DNA of 64,000 nt from Amphiscolops sp. MND2022 (lineage: Eukaryota). A model generated the notes under the pieces. The model saw only the letters and a program-made list of their open reading frames with translations. It was not told the DNA's origin and made no database searches. Shown here piece by piece: positions 35,101-47,838 of this stretch. The position numbers and the translations under genes are program-made. Every line of letters starts with the position of its first letter. Within the stretch, counting starts at the first letter, position 1. The stretch covers positions 17,300,001-17,364,000 of the forward strand of contig OZ076409.1 of NCBI GenBank assembly GCA_964187785.1, read 5' to 3'.

Positions 35101-38100
35101 GATGGCTCGGAAAAAGCGTTTTACGATCATAGGGTCTCCTTTTGGGTTATTCTATTCGGCACTATAAGACGTTGTTGGAAATTTTTGTGAAGGTTTTTTT
35201 TCAAATCATGGCTTTTTCTGTGTCCAGTTCAAAGAAATATTTTCTAGTCTCAATCGGGTATTTTAGGCACTATGATAATCGAAAAGTTTCACAATAGTTG
35301 GCCCTTGAATATTTCGAATATCTGCTTTTTTTGGTGGGCGCTTTTTGTTCAGCAAAAAATGCCCGACTCATACAGTGACCTTTTTCTTCAGACCACAGAC
35401 CTCACACTGAAAGGTTCACTTTTTACAGTAACTACTAAAACTATTGGAGCCAAGTCCGACTAGCGGAAACTTAGTGCAAAGGGTCCTCCCATTCTTTTTT
35501 TTACTTTTTAAACGTGACCTACAAAACCGGACGAGACTGAAGGGTCCCCCCATTTGATTTGTTTTTGGCTTTGAGACTTCGAAAATTTCTTAATATCTCC
35601 AAAGGGGTCCCCCTTTGAGTTTTTTGATATGTTGCAACAAAATGAATGTTTAAAAATCCGAAATGGCCCCTTTCAGATGTTTCGGCACTATGCGACATTT
35701 TTCGAAAGAAATTTTTAAAAAATTCAAGTTTTATTCCAAGAAACATGTTTTGCGCTTTTTGAGCCTTAGATGTAGCGCCGACTTCAGACGTTCTCGTCTT
35801 GTTTAAAGAAGTGTTGGCTCGGAAAAAGCGTTTTGCGATCATAGGGTCTCCTTTTGGGTTATTCTATTCGGCACTATAAGACGTTGGAAAATTTTGTGAA
35901 GGTTTTTTTTTCAAAACATGGCTTTTTCTGTGTCCAGTTCAAAGAAGTATTTTCTAGTCTCAATCGGGTATTTTTGGCACTATGATAATCGAAAAGTTTC
36001 ACAAAAGTTGGCCCTTGAATATTTCAAATATCTGCTTTTTTGGTGGGCGCTTTTTGTTCAGCAAAAAATGCCCGACTCTTACCGTGACCTTTTTTCTTCA
36101 GACCACAGACCTCACACTGAAAGGTCCACTTTTTACACTTACTACTAAAACTACTGGAGCCAGGTCCGACTAGCGGAAACTTAGTGCAAAGGGTCCTCCC
36201 ATTCTTTTTTACTTTTTAAACGTGACCTACAAAACCGGACGAGACTAAAGGGTCCCCCCATTTGATTTGTTTTAGGCTCTGAGACTTCGAAAATTTCCTA
36301 ATATCTCCACAGGATCCCCCTTTGAGTTTTTTGATATCTTGCAACAAAATGAAAGTTAAAAAATCCGAAATGGCCCCTTTTAGATTTTTTGGCACTATGC
36401 GACATTTTTCGAAAGAAATTTTTAAAAAAATTCAAGTTTTATTCCAAGAAACATGTTTTGCGATTTTGAGCCTTAGATGTAGCGCCGACTTTAGACGTTC
36501 TCGTCTTGTTTAAAGAAGTGTTGGCTCGGAAAAAGCGTTTTGCGATCATAGGGTCTCCTTTTGGGTTATTCTATTCGGCACTATAAGACGTTGTTGGAAA
36601 TATTTGTGAAGGTTTTTTTTCAAAACATGGCTTTTTCTGTGTCCAGTTCAAAGAAGTATTTTCTAGTCTCAATCGGGTATTTTTGGCACTATGATAATCG
36701 AAAAGTTTCACAAAAGTTGGCCCTTGAATATTTCAAATATCTGCTTTTTTGGTGGGCGCTTTTTGTTCAGCAAAAAATGCCCGACTCTTACCGTGACCTT
36801 TTTTCTTCAGACCACAGACCTCACACTGAAAGGTCCACTTTTTACACTAACTACTAAAACTACTGGAGCCAAGTCCGACTAGCGGAAACTTAGTGCAAAG
36901 GGTCCTCCCATTCTTTTTTTACTTTTTAAACGTGACCTACAAAACCGGACGAGACTAAAGGGTCCCCCCATTTGATTTGTTTTTGGCTTTGAGACTTCGA
37001 AAATTTCCTAATATCTCCAAAGGGGCCCCCTTTGAGTTTTTTGATATCTTGCAACAAAATGAAAGTTAAAAAATCCGAAATGGCCCCTTTCAGATTTTTT
37101 GGCACTATGCGACATTTTTCGGAAGAAATTTTTTAAAAAATTCAAGTTTTATTCCAAGAAACATGTTTTGCGCTTTTTGAGCCTTAGATGTAGCGCCGAC
37201 TTTAGACGTTCTCGTCTTGTTTAAAGAAGTGTTGGCTCGGAAAAAGCGTTTTGCGATCATAGGGTCTCCTTTTGGGTTATTCTATTCGGCACTATAAGAC
37301 GTTGTTGGAAAATTTTGTGAAGGTTTTTTTTCAAAACATGGCTTTTTCTGTGTCCAGTTCAAAGAAGTATTTTCTAGTCTCAATCGGGTATTTTTGGCAC
37401 TATGATAATCGAAAAGTTTCACAAAAGTTGGCCCTTGAATATTTCAAATATCTGCTTTTTTTTGGTGGGCGCTTTTTGTTCAGCAAAAAATGCCCGACTC
37501 TTACCGTGACCTTTTTTCTTCAGACCACAGACCTCACACTGAAAGGTCCACTTTTTACACTAACTACTAAAACTACTGGAGCCAAGTCCGACTAGCGGAA
37601 ACTTAGTGCAAAGGGTCCTCCCATTCTTTTTTTTACTTTTTAAACGTGACCTACAAAACCGGACGAGACTAAAGGGTCCTCCCATTTGATTTGTTTTTGG
37701 CTTTGAGACTTCGAAAATTTCCTATCATCTCCAAAGGGCCCCCCTTTGAGTTTTTTGATATCTTGCAACAAAATGAAAGTTAAAAAATCCGAAATGGCCC
37801 CTTTCAGATTTTTTAGCACTATGCGACATTTTTCGGAAGAAATTTTTTAAAAAATTCAAGTTTTATTCCAAGAAACATGTTTTGCGCTTTTTGAGCCTTA
37901 GATGTAGCGCCGACTTTAGACGTTCTCGTCTTGTTTAAAGAAGTGTTGGCTCGGAAAAAGCGTTTTGCGATCATAGGGTCTCCTTTTGGGTTATTCTATT
38001 CGGCACTATAAGACGTTGTTTTAAAATTTTGTGAAGGTTTTTTTTCAAAACATGGCTTTTTCTGTGTCCAGTTCAAAGAAGTATTTTCTAGTCTCAATCG

Positions 38101-41100
38101 GGTATTTTTGGCACTATGATAATCGAAAAGTTTCACAAAAGTTGGCCCTTGAATATTTTAAATATCTGCTTTTTTTGGTGGGCGCTTTTTGTTCAGCAAA
38201 AAATGCCCGACTCTTACCGTGACCTTTTTTCTTCAGACCACAGACCTCACACTGAAAGGTCCACTTTTTACACTAACTACTAAAACTACTGGAGCCAAGT
38301 CCGACTAGCGGAAACTTAGTGCAAAGGGTCCTCCCATTCTTTTTTTACTTTTTAAACGTGACCTACAAAACCGGACGAGACTAAAGGGTCCCCCCATTTG
38401 ATTTGTTTTTGGCTTTGAGACTTCGAAAATTTCCTATCATCTCCAAAGGGCCCAACTTTGAGTTTTTTGATATCTTGCAACAAAATGAAAGTTAAAAAAT
38501 CCGAAATGGCCCCTTTCAGATTTTTTGGCACTATGCGACATTTTTCGGAAGAAATTTTTAAAAAAATTCAAGTTTTATTCCAAGAAACATGTTTTGCGCT
38601 TTTTGAGCCTTAGATGTAGCGCCGACTTTAGACGTTCTCGTCTTGTTTAAAGAAGTGTTGGCTCGGAAAAAGCGTTTTGCGATCATAGGGTCTCCTTTTG
38701 GGTTATTCTATTCGGCACTATAAGACGTTGTTGGAAAATTTTGTGAAGGTTTTTTTTCAAAACATGGCTTTTTCTGTGTCCAGTTCAAAGAAGTATTTTC
38801 TAGTCTCAATCGGGTATTTTTGGCACTATGATAATCGAAAAGTTTCACAAAAGTTGGCCCTTGAATATTTCAAATATCTGCTTTTTTTGGTGGGCGCTTT
38901 TTGTTCAGCAAAAAATGCCCGACTCTTACCGTGACCTTTTTTCTTCAGACCACAGACCTCACACTGAAAGGTCCACTTTTTACACTAACTACTAAAACTA
39001 CTGGAGCCAAGTCCGACTAGCGGAAACTTAGTGCAAAGGGTCCTCCCATTCTTTTTTTACTTTTTAAACGTGACCTACAAAACCGGACGAGACTAAAGGG
39101 TCCCCCCATTTGATTTGTTTTTGCCTTTGAGACTTCGAAAATTTCCTAATATCTCCAAAGGGCCCCCCTTTGAGTTTTTTGATATCTTGCAACAAAATGA
39201 AAGTTAAAAAATCCGAAATGGCCCCTTTCAGATTTTTTGGCACTATGCGACATTTTTTGAAAGAAATTTTTTAAAAAATTCAAGTTTTATTCCAAGAAAC
39301 ATGTTTTGCGCTTTTTGAGCCTTAGACGTAGCGCCGACTTTAGACGTTCTCGTCTTGTTTAAAGAAGTGATGGCTCGGAAAAAGCGTTTTACGATCATAG
39401 GGTCTCCTTTTGGGTTATTCTATTCGGCACTATAAGACGTTGTTGGAAATTTTTGTGAAGGTTTTTTTTTCAAAACATGGCTTTTTCTGTGTCCAGTTCA
39501 AAGAAATATTTTCTAGTCTCAATCGGGTATTTTTGGCACTATGATAATCGAAAAGTTTCACAATAGTTGGCCCTTGAATATTTCGAATATCTGCTTTTTT
39601 TGGTGGGCGCTTTTTGTTCAGCAAAAAATGCCCGACTCATACAGTGACCTTTTTCTTCAGACCACAGACCTCACACTGATCGGTCCATTTTTTAGGAACA
39701 TCGCTGAAACCACCTAAGGCCAAGTGCGGCCGAGGCAAACTTAGTGTAAAGAGTCTCCCTTTCATTTTTTACTTTTTTAACGTAAACTACAAAATCGGAC
39801 GAGACTAAAGGGACCCCCATTTGATTTGTTTTTGGCTTTGAGACTTCGAAAATTTCTTAATATCTCCAAAGTGTCCCCCTTTGAATTTTTTGATATCTTG
39901 CAACAAAATGAAAGTTAAAAAATCCGAAATGGCCCCTTTCAGATTTTTTGGCACTATGCGACATTTTTCGAAAGAAATTTTAAAAAAAATTCAAGTTTTA
40001 TTCCAAGAAACATGTTTTGCGCTTTTTGAGCCTGAGATGTAGCGCCGACTTTAGACGTTCTCGTCTTGTTTAAAGAAGTGTTGGCTTGGAAAAAGCGTTT
40101 TGCGATCTTAGGGTCTCCTTTTGGGTTATTCTATTCAGCACTATAAGACGTTGTTGGAAAATTTTCTGAAGGTTTCTTTCAAAACATGGCTTTTTCTGTG
40201 TCCAGTTCAAAGAAATATTTTTTAGTCCCAATCGGGTATTTTTGGCACTATGATAATGGGAAAGTTTCACAATGGTTGGCCCTTCAATATTCCAAGTATC
40301 TGCTCTTTTTAGTGGCCCGACTCTTACAGTGACCTTTTTCTTCAGATCGCAGACCTCACACTGATCGGTCCATTTTTTAGGAACATCGCTGAAACCACCT
40401 AAGGCCAAGTCCGGCCGAGGCAAACTTATTGTAAAGGGTCCCCCTTTCATTTTTTACTTTTTTAACGTAAACTACAAAACCGGACCAGACTAAAGGGTCC
40501 CCCCATTTGATTTGTTTTTGGCTCTGAGACTTCGAAAATTTCCTAATATCTCCACAGGATCCCCCTTTGAGTTTTTTGATATCTTGCAACAAAATGAAAG
40601 TTAAAAAATCCGAAATGGCCCCTTTCAGATTTTTTGGCACTATGCGACATTTTTGGAAAGAAATTTTAAAAAAATTCAAGTTTTATTCCAAGAAACATGT
40701 TTTGCGCTTTTTGAGCCTTAGATGTAGCGCCGACTTTAGACGTTCTCGTCTTGTTTAAAGAAGTGTTGGCTCGGAAAAAGCGTTTTGCGATCATAGGGTC
40801 TCCTTTTGGGTTATTCTATTCGGCACTATAAGACGTTGTTGGAAATATTTGTGAAGGTTTTTTTTCAAAACATGGCTTTTTCTGTGTCCAGTTCAAAGAA
40901 GTATTTTCTAGTCTCAATCGGGTATTTTTGGCACTATGATAATCGAAAAGTTTCACAAAAGTTGGCCCTTGAATATTTCAAATATCTGCTTTTTTTGGTG
41001 GGCGCTTTTTGTTCAGCAAAAAATGCCCGACTCTTACCGTGACCTTTTTTCTTCAGACCACAGACCTCACACTGAAAGGTCCACTTTTTACACTAACTAC

Positions 41101-42974
41101 TAAAACTACTGGAGCCAAGTCCGACTAGCGGAAACTTAGTGCAAAGGGTCCTCCCATTCTTTTTTTACTTTTTAAACGTGACCTACAAAACCGGACGAGA
41201 CTAAAGGGTCCCCCCATTTGATTTGTTTTTGGCTTTGAGACTTCGAAAATTTCCTAATATCTCCAAAGGGCCCCCTTTGAGTTTTTTGATATCTTGCAAC
41301 AAAATGAAAGTTAAAAAATCCGAAATGGCCCCTTTCAGATTTTTTGGCACTATGCGACATTTTTCGGAAGAAATTTTTAAAAAAATTCAAGTTTTATTCC
41401 AAGAAACATGTTTTGCGCTTTTTGAGCCTTAGATGTAGCGCCGACTTTAGACGTTCTCGTCTTGTTTAAAGAAGTGTTGGCTCGGAAAAAGCGTTTTGCG
41501 ATCATAGGGTCTCCTTTTGGGTTATTCTATTCGGCACTATAAGACGTTGTTGGAAAATTTTGTGAAGGTTTTTTTTTCAAAACATAGCCTTTTCTGTGTC
41601 CAGTTCAAAGAAGTATTTTCTAGTCTCAATCGGGTATTTTTGGCACTATGATAATCGGAAAGTTTTACAATGGTTGGCCCTTGAATATTCCAAATATCTG
41701 CTCTTTTTAGTGGCCCGACTCTTACAGTGACCTTTTTCTTCAGATCGCAGACCTCACACTGATCGGTCCATTTTTTAGGAACATCGCTGAAACCACCTAA
41801 GGCCAAGTCCGGCCGAGGCAAACTTATTGTAAAGGGTCCCCCTTTCATTTTTTACTTTTTTAACGTAAACTACAAAACCGGACGAGACTAAAGGGTCCCC
41901 CCATTTGATTTGTTTTTGGCTTCGAGACTTCGAAAATTTCCTAATATCTCCAAAGGGTCCCCCTTTGAATTTTTTGATATCTTGCAACAAAATGAAAGTT
42001 AAAAAATCCGAAATGGCCCCTTTCAGATTTTTTGGCACTACGCGACATTTTTCGAAAGAAATTTTTTAAAAAATTCAAGTTTTATTCCAAGAAACATGTT
42101 TTGCGCTTTTTGAGCCTTAGATGTAGCGCTGACTTTAGACGTTCTCGTCTTGTTTGAAGAAGTGTTGGCTCGGAAAAAGCGTTTTGCGATCATAGGGTCT
42201 CCTTTTGGGTTATTCTATTCGGCACTATAAGACGTTGGAAAATTTTGTGAAGGTTTTTTTTTCAAAACATGGCTTTTTCTGTGTCCAGTTCAAAGAAGTA
42301 TTTTCTAGTCTCAATCGGGTATTTTTGGCACTATGATAATCGAAAAGTTTCACAAAAGTTGGCCCTTGAATTTTTCAAATATCTGCTTTTTTTTGGTGGG
42401 CGCTTTTTGTTCAGCAAAAAATGCCCGACTCTTACCGTGACCTTTTTTCTTCAGACCACAGACCTCACACTGAAAGGTCCACTTTTTACACTAACTACTA
42501 AAACTACTGGAGCCAAGTCCGACTAGCGGAAACTTAGTGCAAAGGGTCCTCCCATTCTTTTTTTACTTTTTAAACGTGACCTACAAAACGGACGAGACTG
42601 AAGGCTCCCCCCATCTGATTTGGTTTTTGGCTTTGAGACTTCGAAAATTTCCTAATATCTCCCAAGGGTCCCCCTTTGAGTTTTTTGATATCTTGCAACA
42701 AAATGAATGTTAAAGAATCCGAAATGGCTCCTTTCAGATTTTTCGGCTTTATGAGACATTTTCCGAAAAAAATCTCTGGTGTTTTTCAAAAGAAACATTT
42801 TTGTTCCAAGTTGGGGAAAAAATGGTTTCCGAGTCTTATCGATCTTGAAAGGCACCCTTTGGGTGTCTCGAAACTTTTCTGAGCTTTTCATAAATAGGTC
42901 CTGGGCGTGTTTTAAAAACTTTGCGCTTTTTGAGCCTTAGATGTAGCGCCGACTTTAGACGTTCTCGTCTTGTT
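32200..42974 (+). repeat. Tandem array (satellite) of HINE-derived units of ~1098, ~712 and ~686 bp
   Basis: The family A 3' terminus gcgccgactttagacgttctcgtcttgtt (single-base variants at 35775 and 42126) recurs 14 times: 32867, 33965, 35063, 35775, 36482, 37193, 37907, 38619, 39331, 40042, 40727, 41438, 42126, 42946. Confidence 0.97.
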
Positions 42975-44899
42975 GATACTTGATATGGGCGCCAATTTTG
43001 GCCGTTCCCGGCTTGTTTGATGGAAGTACGCAACTCGATAACGAAGTCTGCTTGTCTGGACTCAAATCAATAATAACCAGAAGAATTGCAATTCAAACAA
43101 CTATGGAGGTTGCTGAAATTCTCAATATTCGAAGTCGTTTTTCTTGAAGCTAATTTTGCAGATATTTTTAGCAAATGTATTGGGAGTATATGCCGTTTGT
43201 AGGAGTTGTTGTTGACGCCTTGCTGAGGTGAAAAAAACGTTCAGCTATTGATGACTCAAAAATACAATTTGAAAAAAAATCAATGACAAATTTTCTTTTT
43301 CTTTAAAGCCAATATGCGAGATGCCATAGTATTGCTTTCTTCCATAGTCTGAATGTTGTATGCAGTTGTCTTTGTACTACATATTGCTCAATAATCCAGA
43401 AATAGAACAAAAAAATCAATGACTTATTCCGAATTTGGAATTAACTGTAGGTGCCTTACGCAAAAATCTTGTTTTGAGTAAATAGTCATTTCGGTTACCA
43501 TTCGAGTTCAGACTCATCGACAGTTTAAATTTGTCTATAAATACTTGCCACTTCTTGAATTTAATGACCTTTGAGACATTACGGATTCTTCTCCAGTGAT
43601 CGATTTATATCGATGTGATCAAAACATCAACCAGAAGATTTATAATCGACCGTGTTTTTCCATTGTGGGTATTTTCGGTTTTTATTCTAAAACTGAAGCC
43701 TCAATAGTTTCAAGTTGTCTGTGAATCGGGCAATTTTTACTTGTTAATTTCTCTGCGTGAGCTGTGATATACCAACTTTTTTTCGACCGAGGAAAATGTA
43801 TTACATATAGTAAAGAGTATTTTGTCATTGTTTTCAACGTCATAAGGCGGAAATTTTCTGTTACAAAATCGTTTTTTCGTCTTTATTGCTTTCAATTGAG
43901 ATTTAAGAAACATAAATATGCTTACAATAATTTCCAAATGACAGTCCAAAAGTGCCCATATTTGCATAGGTGTCACATTTTTACAATTTTCAAAAACAAT
44001 TTCTCACTCATTTTCTTTGACAATAGTTTCAATTAAAAGAAAAGTACCTTTGAATTGATTTACCTGGGAACAATTTTGAGATAGCTTTCATTTGTTGTTC
44101 GTTCGAAAATAACAATGAAGGTCCCTTTTGTACGACTTCATAGATAATTTTTTCAATGGTGCCATATTCAGTTTTTTTTTCAGTTATTTGAACCGAAACA
44201 TTGCTAAAGTAGCATTTGATCTATCTTCGTTTCACAAAATCGTTTTTCTGTTATTTCTCATTTGCTTTCTTTGGTAATGTCCTTAGAATTACAATGTACC
44301 AATTTTCGAGCTTCCTTTTGCTTTCGAGAAATTAATCGAAAGTAGCAAAAATTATTGCTTTTTGACGCCTTGCTCCGTACAAGTTTCATCTAAAGCGTTG
44401 TCGCAAGCCTACTTTTTGTAGATTGAGTCACTCAACATTTTTCAGCCTGACTTTTGCTAGCGATCCGAGTACCTACTGAAAAATTCAGATTTTTTTGTTC
44501 TCGTTATATCGTATAAAGCCGAGATCATAGAACGGCTACAGTAATAACAACGAAGAAACAGGAAAATTTGAAAAGTCACGGATTGTGCTATTAAGCCATG
44601 CATTTCAATGCAACCAAGGCATCGGAAAATCTGCCAAGCCATGGATTATCTAACAAGTCATGAGTTTCTTTCAAGTTTCTTGCATATCCATGGTGGGACC
44701 CATGGATTTTCCTATCAAGACATAGTGAGGCTGCATGAATTTTCGACGTAAGTTTTACCATGGACAAAACACGGTGTGGTGATTATGATTTGGATTTGGA
44801 TTTCATGTGATTGGGTTGTGTGTGTGAGCCATGCTGAAATACAACCAGTTCCAATTAACTCTAAGAACTGTTTCAGGCCCACGCCGTGTATCTGAATCG

Positions 44900-47086
44900 T
44901 TTCGTTTGCAAAATACCCGATCCCCACATTTGGGTACTCTGATTTTTGCGTGTTGTCTCGCAGGGCTTTCCTTATCTTTGATGAAATCCTCGCTTTTTCC
45001 ATTAAGTTTATATGATCTGCCAATATCTTACTCTGTGTCCGTCCATCTGAGGAAGGCAAGTTTATCGTCAGGTATGCTCGGTAATCGAGGGTTTTGTCCA
45101 AAAGCCAGTTGGAAAGGAATAAAACCTTGTGCCACGGACAACGTGTTTTTATCGTGACATGCCTATGCCAGAGCGCGAGGCGAAGGACAAGCCGGGTCAT
45201 CTGTCATCGACTCTTTGACCGTAATATCAACAACTGCATTGTTCTGCTCACATAATCCGTTGCTCCATGGTGATTCGACAGCCGTTTTGCATTCCACTAC
45301 ATTTATCAGTTCACACATCTCTTGAAAAGGGAAATTTAAGAACTCAGTACCATAATCGAAAAGGAACCATTTTGGAGCGTCAGGACCATCAGTCAACCAC
45401 ATGAAAATTATGCCATTTTTATCGTCTCAACTCGCTTATCACAAATGATGCGGTCTTTAATCAGCCTTGTAGCATCATCAATAAGATGAAAGATGTAAAT
45501 GCTCTTTTTGAAATTCCAAATTTTCAAATCCACCACCACAGTATGGTTGAATTCGGTACCCAAAGGCATGGCGACAATTGGACATCGTTTGTTTGTGAAC
45601 GGTAATTTAACAGTTTTTGAAAATTTCCTTAGTATGGAGACTAATTGTCTATTTTTCGTATCGTGACCAGCAGATTCGATCAATCAGTTGAGGAGCGGTT
45701 GGGTATCCCGTTTGCACAAATAATTTCGTTAGGTGCTTGAGGTTAAATTCCTCGTTGGCTATCATGACAAATTCAACTTTTCTATCAGTCGCGATAGTTA
45801 AGTGTCCAGTTTTCGGAAGCAGTTTAACAGGTTTAACTGATTGATTTGCGTTTTTGCTTTCTTCAGTTATGGTTTTCCAATAAGCAAAGGTTTATCAGAA
45901 TCCACAACAGCTGTGCGAATAAAGCAACGAATTCCGCCAGTGGAGCAGAGAATAACAATGTTCTTAAGGGACTGTAGCATGCAACCACTTCCGAATCTGA
46001 ATGTGCGCTGCCTACCAACTCTTTACCAGATTTTCTTCTTCGGGTAATGTTTCAAGGTAATTAACTAGACTTTTCTGGCCACCAAGTGGTTGAATCCAAA
46101 ATTGCAAAATTTGTTGTCTGATTTTAAAACGTCACAAGATGGGATGCTTTCTGTCATGAGTATTATGCCTACATTCTCCACTAAATCAACCTATGTAGTT
46201 TCTTCCGTCTCTATTACCTTGCTTGTTGGTTTTCAGGACAGACAGCACTCATATGATTCCAAGACCCACACTTGTGACACAGAAGGGGACTATCGTTTTG
46301 GTCCAAACAATTTCTATCGTTTTGAACTGACCTCGAACCTCTAGTTCTCGCAGAATAATTATTCCTTGCCCCTGTAACGGCACGAGAATTGAAGCACCCA
46401 CGAGAAATGCGATACTGATTCTGTTTCCAGTGTATAGACTTTCAGATGCTGGTTCGATGTTTACTGGATCACTCGTGGTTATTGAACTGGATTGTTTACA
46501 GTTGACATTTGTTTGAATAGTCTGAAAGAACACACTTCTGGTCCCTTTGATCCAATCTAGATGCTTCGAGTAATTTGAATGCCTGTACGGTTTGCGGTAG
46601 CTCAATGCCAACTTTACTCACACCATTGTATAACTTTTGAGATTCCGAAAAGACTCTTTAGTACTTGCTTCATCACATTTGACAGATCAAAACCAATCCA
46701 CTTCTCGTACAAAAGCGGCAGATCACCTTCCTTATAGATTGTATCAAGGAAATCTACGAGAACTTGCAAACCATTATTCAATTCCAATTGCGTCCGGTCT
46801 ATTTCATTAATCACGCGCTCTGGAATTTTCCTCTGGTTTATTTCATCAAAGGTGGTCAATTGTAATGCTACCGTTGGACCTTGATTTTCCTTCTTTACTT
46901 CTGTCACATCTGAACTTCTGTTATCTATTGTGAATAACTCGGCTTCATTGATACATTCTGGCAGGATTTTTGTTCTCATTGTTTGTTACCTCTTTCTCTA
47001 CCATAAGTTAAAAACCCAAGTATTGATGAAAGGTAAATTAAACCCCACCACACATGACACATGCATCTGTAACATACACATTAACA
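44900..47086 (-). mobile_element. Decayed LTR retrotransposon with Ty1/Copia domain order (gag-protease-integrase; RT not found)
   Basis: Minus strand: short LTR-like segment tgttaa...ttaac (47086-47006), degenerate PBS-like tggtagaga (~47003-46995), gag-like ORF 46979-46614, zinc knuckle CHKCGSWNHMSAVC (46279-46238), protease-like AILDS / FRFGSG / VVDSDKPLLIG, integrase core FNHTVVVDLK...HLIDDATR...FLFDYGTEF...TAVESPWSNGLCE (45683-45163). Multiple frameshifts. Confidence 0.85.
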
Positions 47087-47289
47087 GAGAGCTTCGCCTT
47101 CATTTAAATGCGAATACGAAACTTCATCTACGCTCAGTAGTTATATTTTCAGTCGAAAAAGAATTAAAGGCGGTGTAAACTGGTACAGTGAATAATTGTG
47201 CTCTATATAAGTGATTAAGAGATGCTTGTATTATTCAACATGAAAGCCTAAAAGCAGATATAATGCTGTGCTCTGCAGGGGCCCATTTT
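47087..47289 (+). mobile_element. 3' fragment of a family B HINE-like element abutting the LTR
   Basis: gagagcttcgccttcatttaaatgcgaat...aaagcagatataat...gggcccatttt matches the 3' third of family B. Confidence 0.75.
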
Positions 47290-47329
47290 CAAGACCAACG
47301 GTCCGACAGATCTTATAAGCTGTTACTTA

Positions 47330-47838
47330 CTAATTTGTGACTTTTACTAATCGGTTTAGAAGGAACTCAGTGGTCGCGGGATCGAGTCCCTGCTTGGGTC
47401 AGAAAGTTTTTTGTGCATTGGTGAAACTGAACGTGACTAAAGGGTCCCCTTTTCCATTTCTTTGGCTTCGTGAGACTTTTTTGATTTTTTAAATGTCTCC
47501 AAAGGTTCCCCCTTCATGTTTTTGATGTTTTGCAACGAATTGGATTTTCAATAAGCCCAAAAGGTCCCCCTTTCCACAATTTTTGGTGTTGAGATTTTTT
47601 TCGAATTGAATATTTTTCGTCTTAATATTAGGTTTTCTCAGCGCACTATATTCGATTTTTTTCAAGACCGGCGGTTTTTCCATGTGACTTTATACTTTTT
47701 TTCAAAGTCCCCCTCAATTTTTACAAGAAATGAAACGTTTTGAGAGCATACTGGACTCCTTATACTTTTCGCTACTTTGCGACTTACTTTACATTTGTGA
47801 ACCTTGAGCGGGGCGCCGACTTGGGTCGTTCCCGGCTT
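47330..47838 (+). mobile_element. Family A HINE-like element, 5' end decayed
   Basis: aaagggtcccc modules, 3' gcgccgacttgggtcgttcccggc, B-box-like ggatcgagtcc near 47380. Confidence 0.65.

Noticed and set aside
32200..42974. CRISPR-like array, or repeated small genes suggested by recurring 60-120 aa ORFs
   Set aside because: Units are 0.7-1.1 kb and near-identical throughout, with no unique spacers or cas genes in a eukaryotic context. The ORFs shift with homopolymer length and are F/K-rich artefacts.
43050..44500. Possible decayed MULE/SWIM transposase or Copia RT on the minus strand (GNYCKHI near 43920, KLENW near 44300)
   Set aside because: Only isolated short motifs with no continuous frame; not supportable without a translated profile search.
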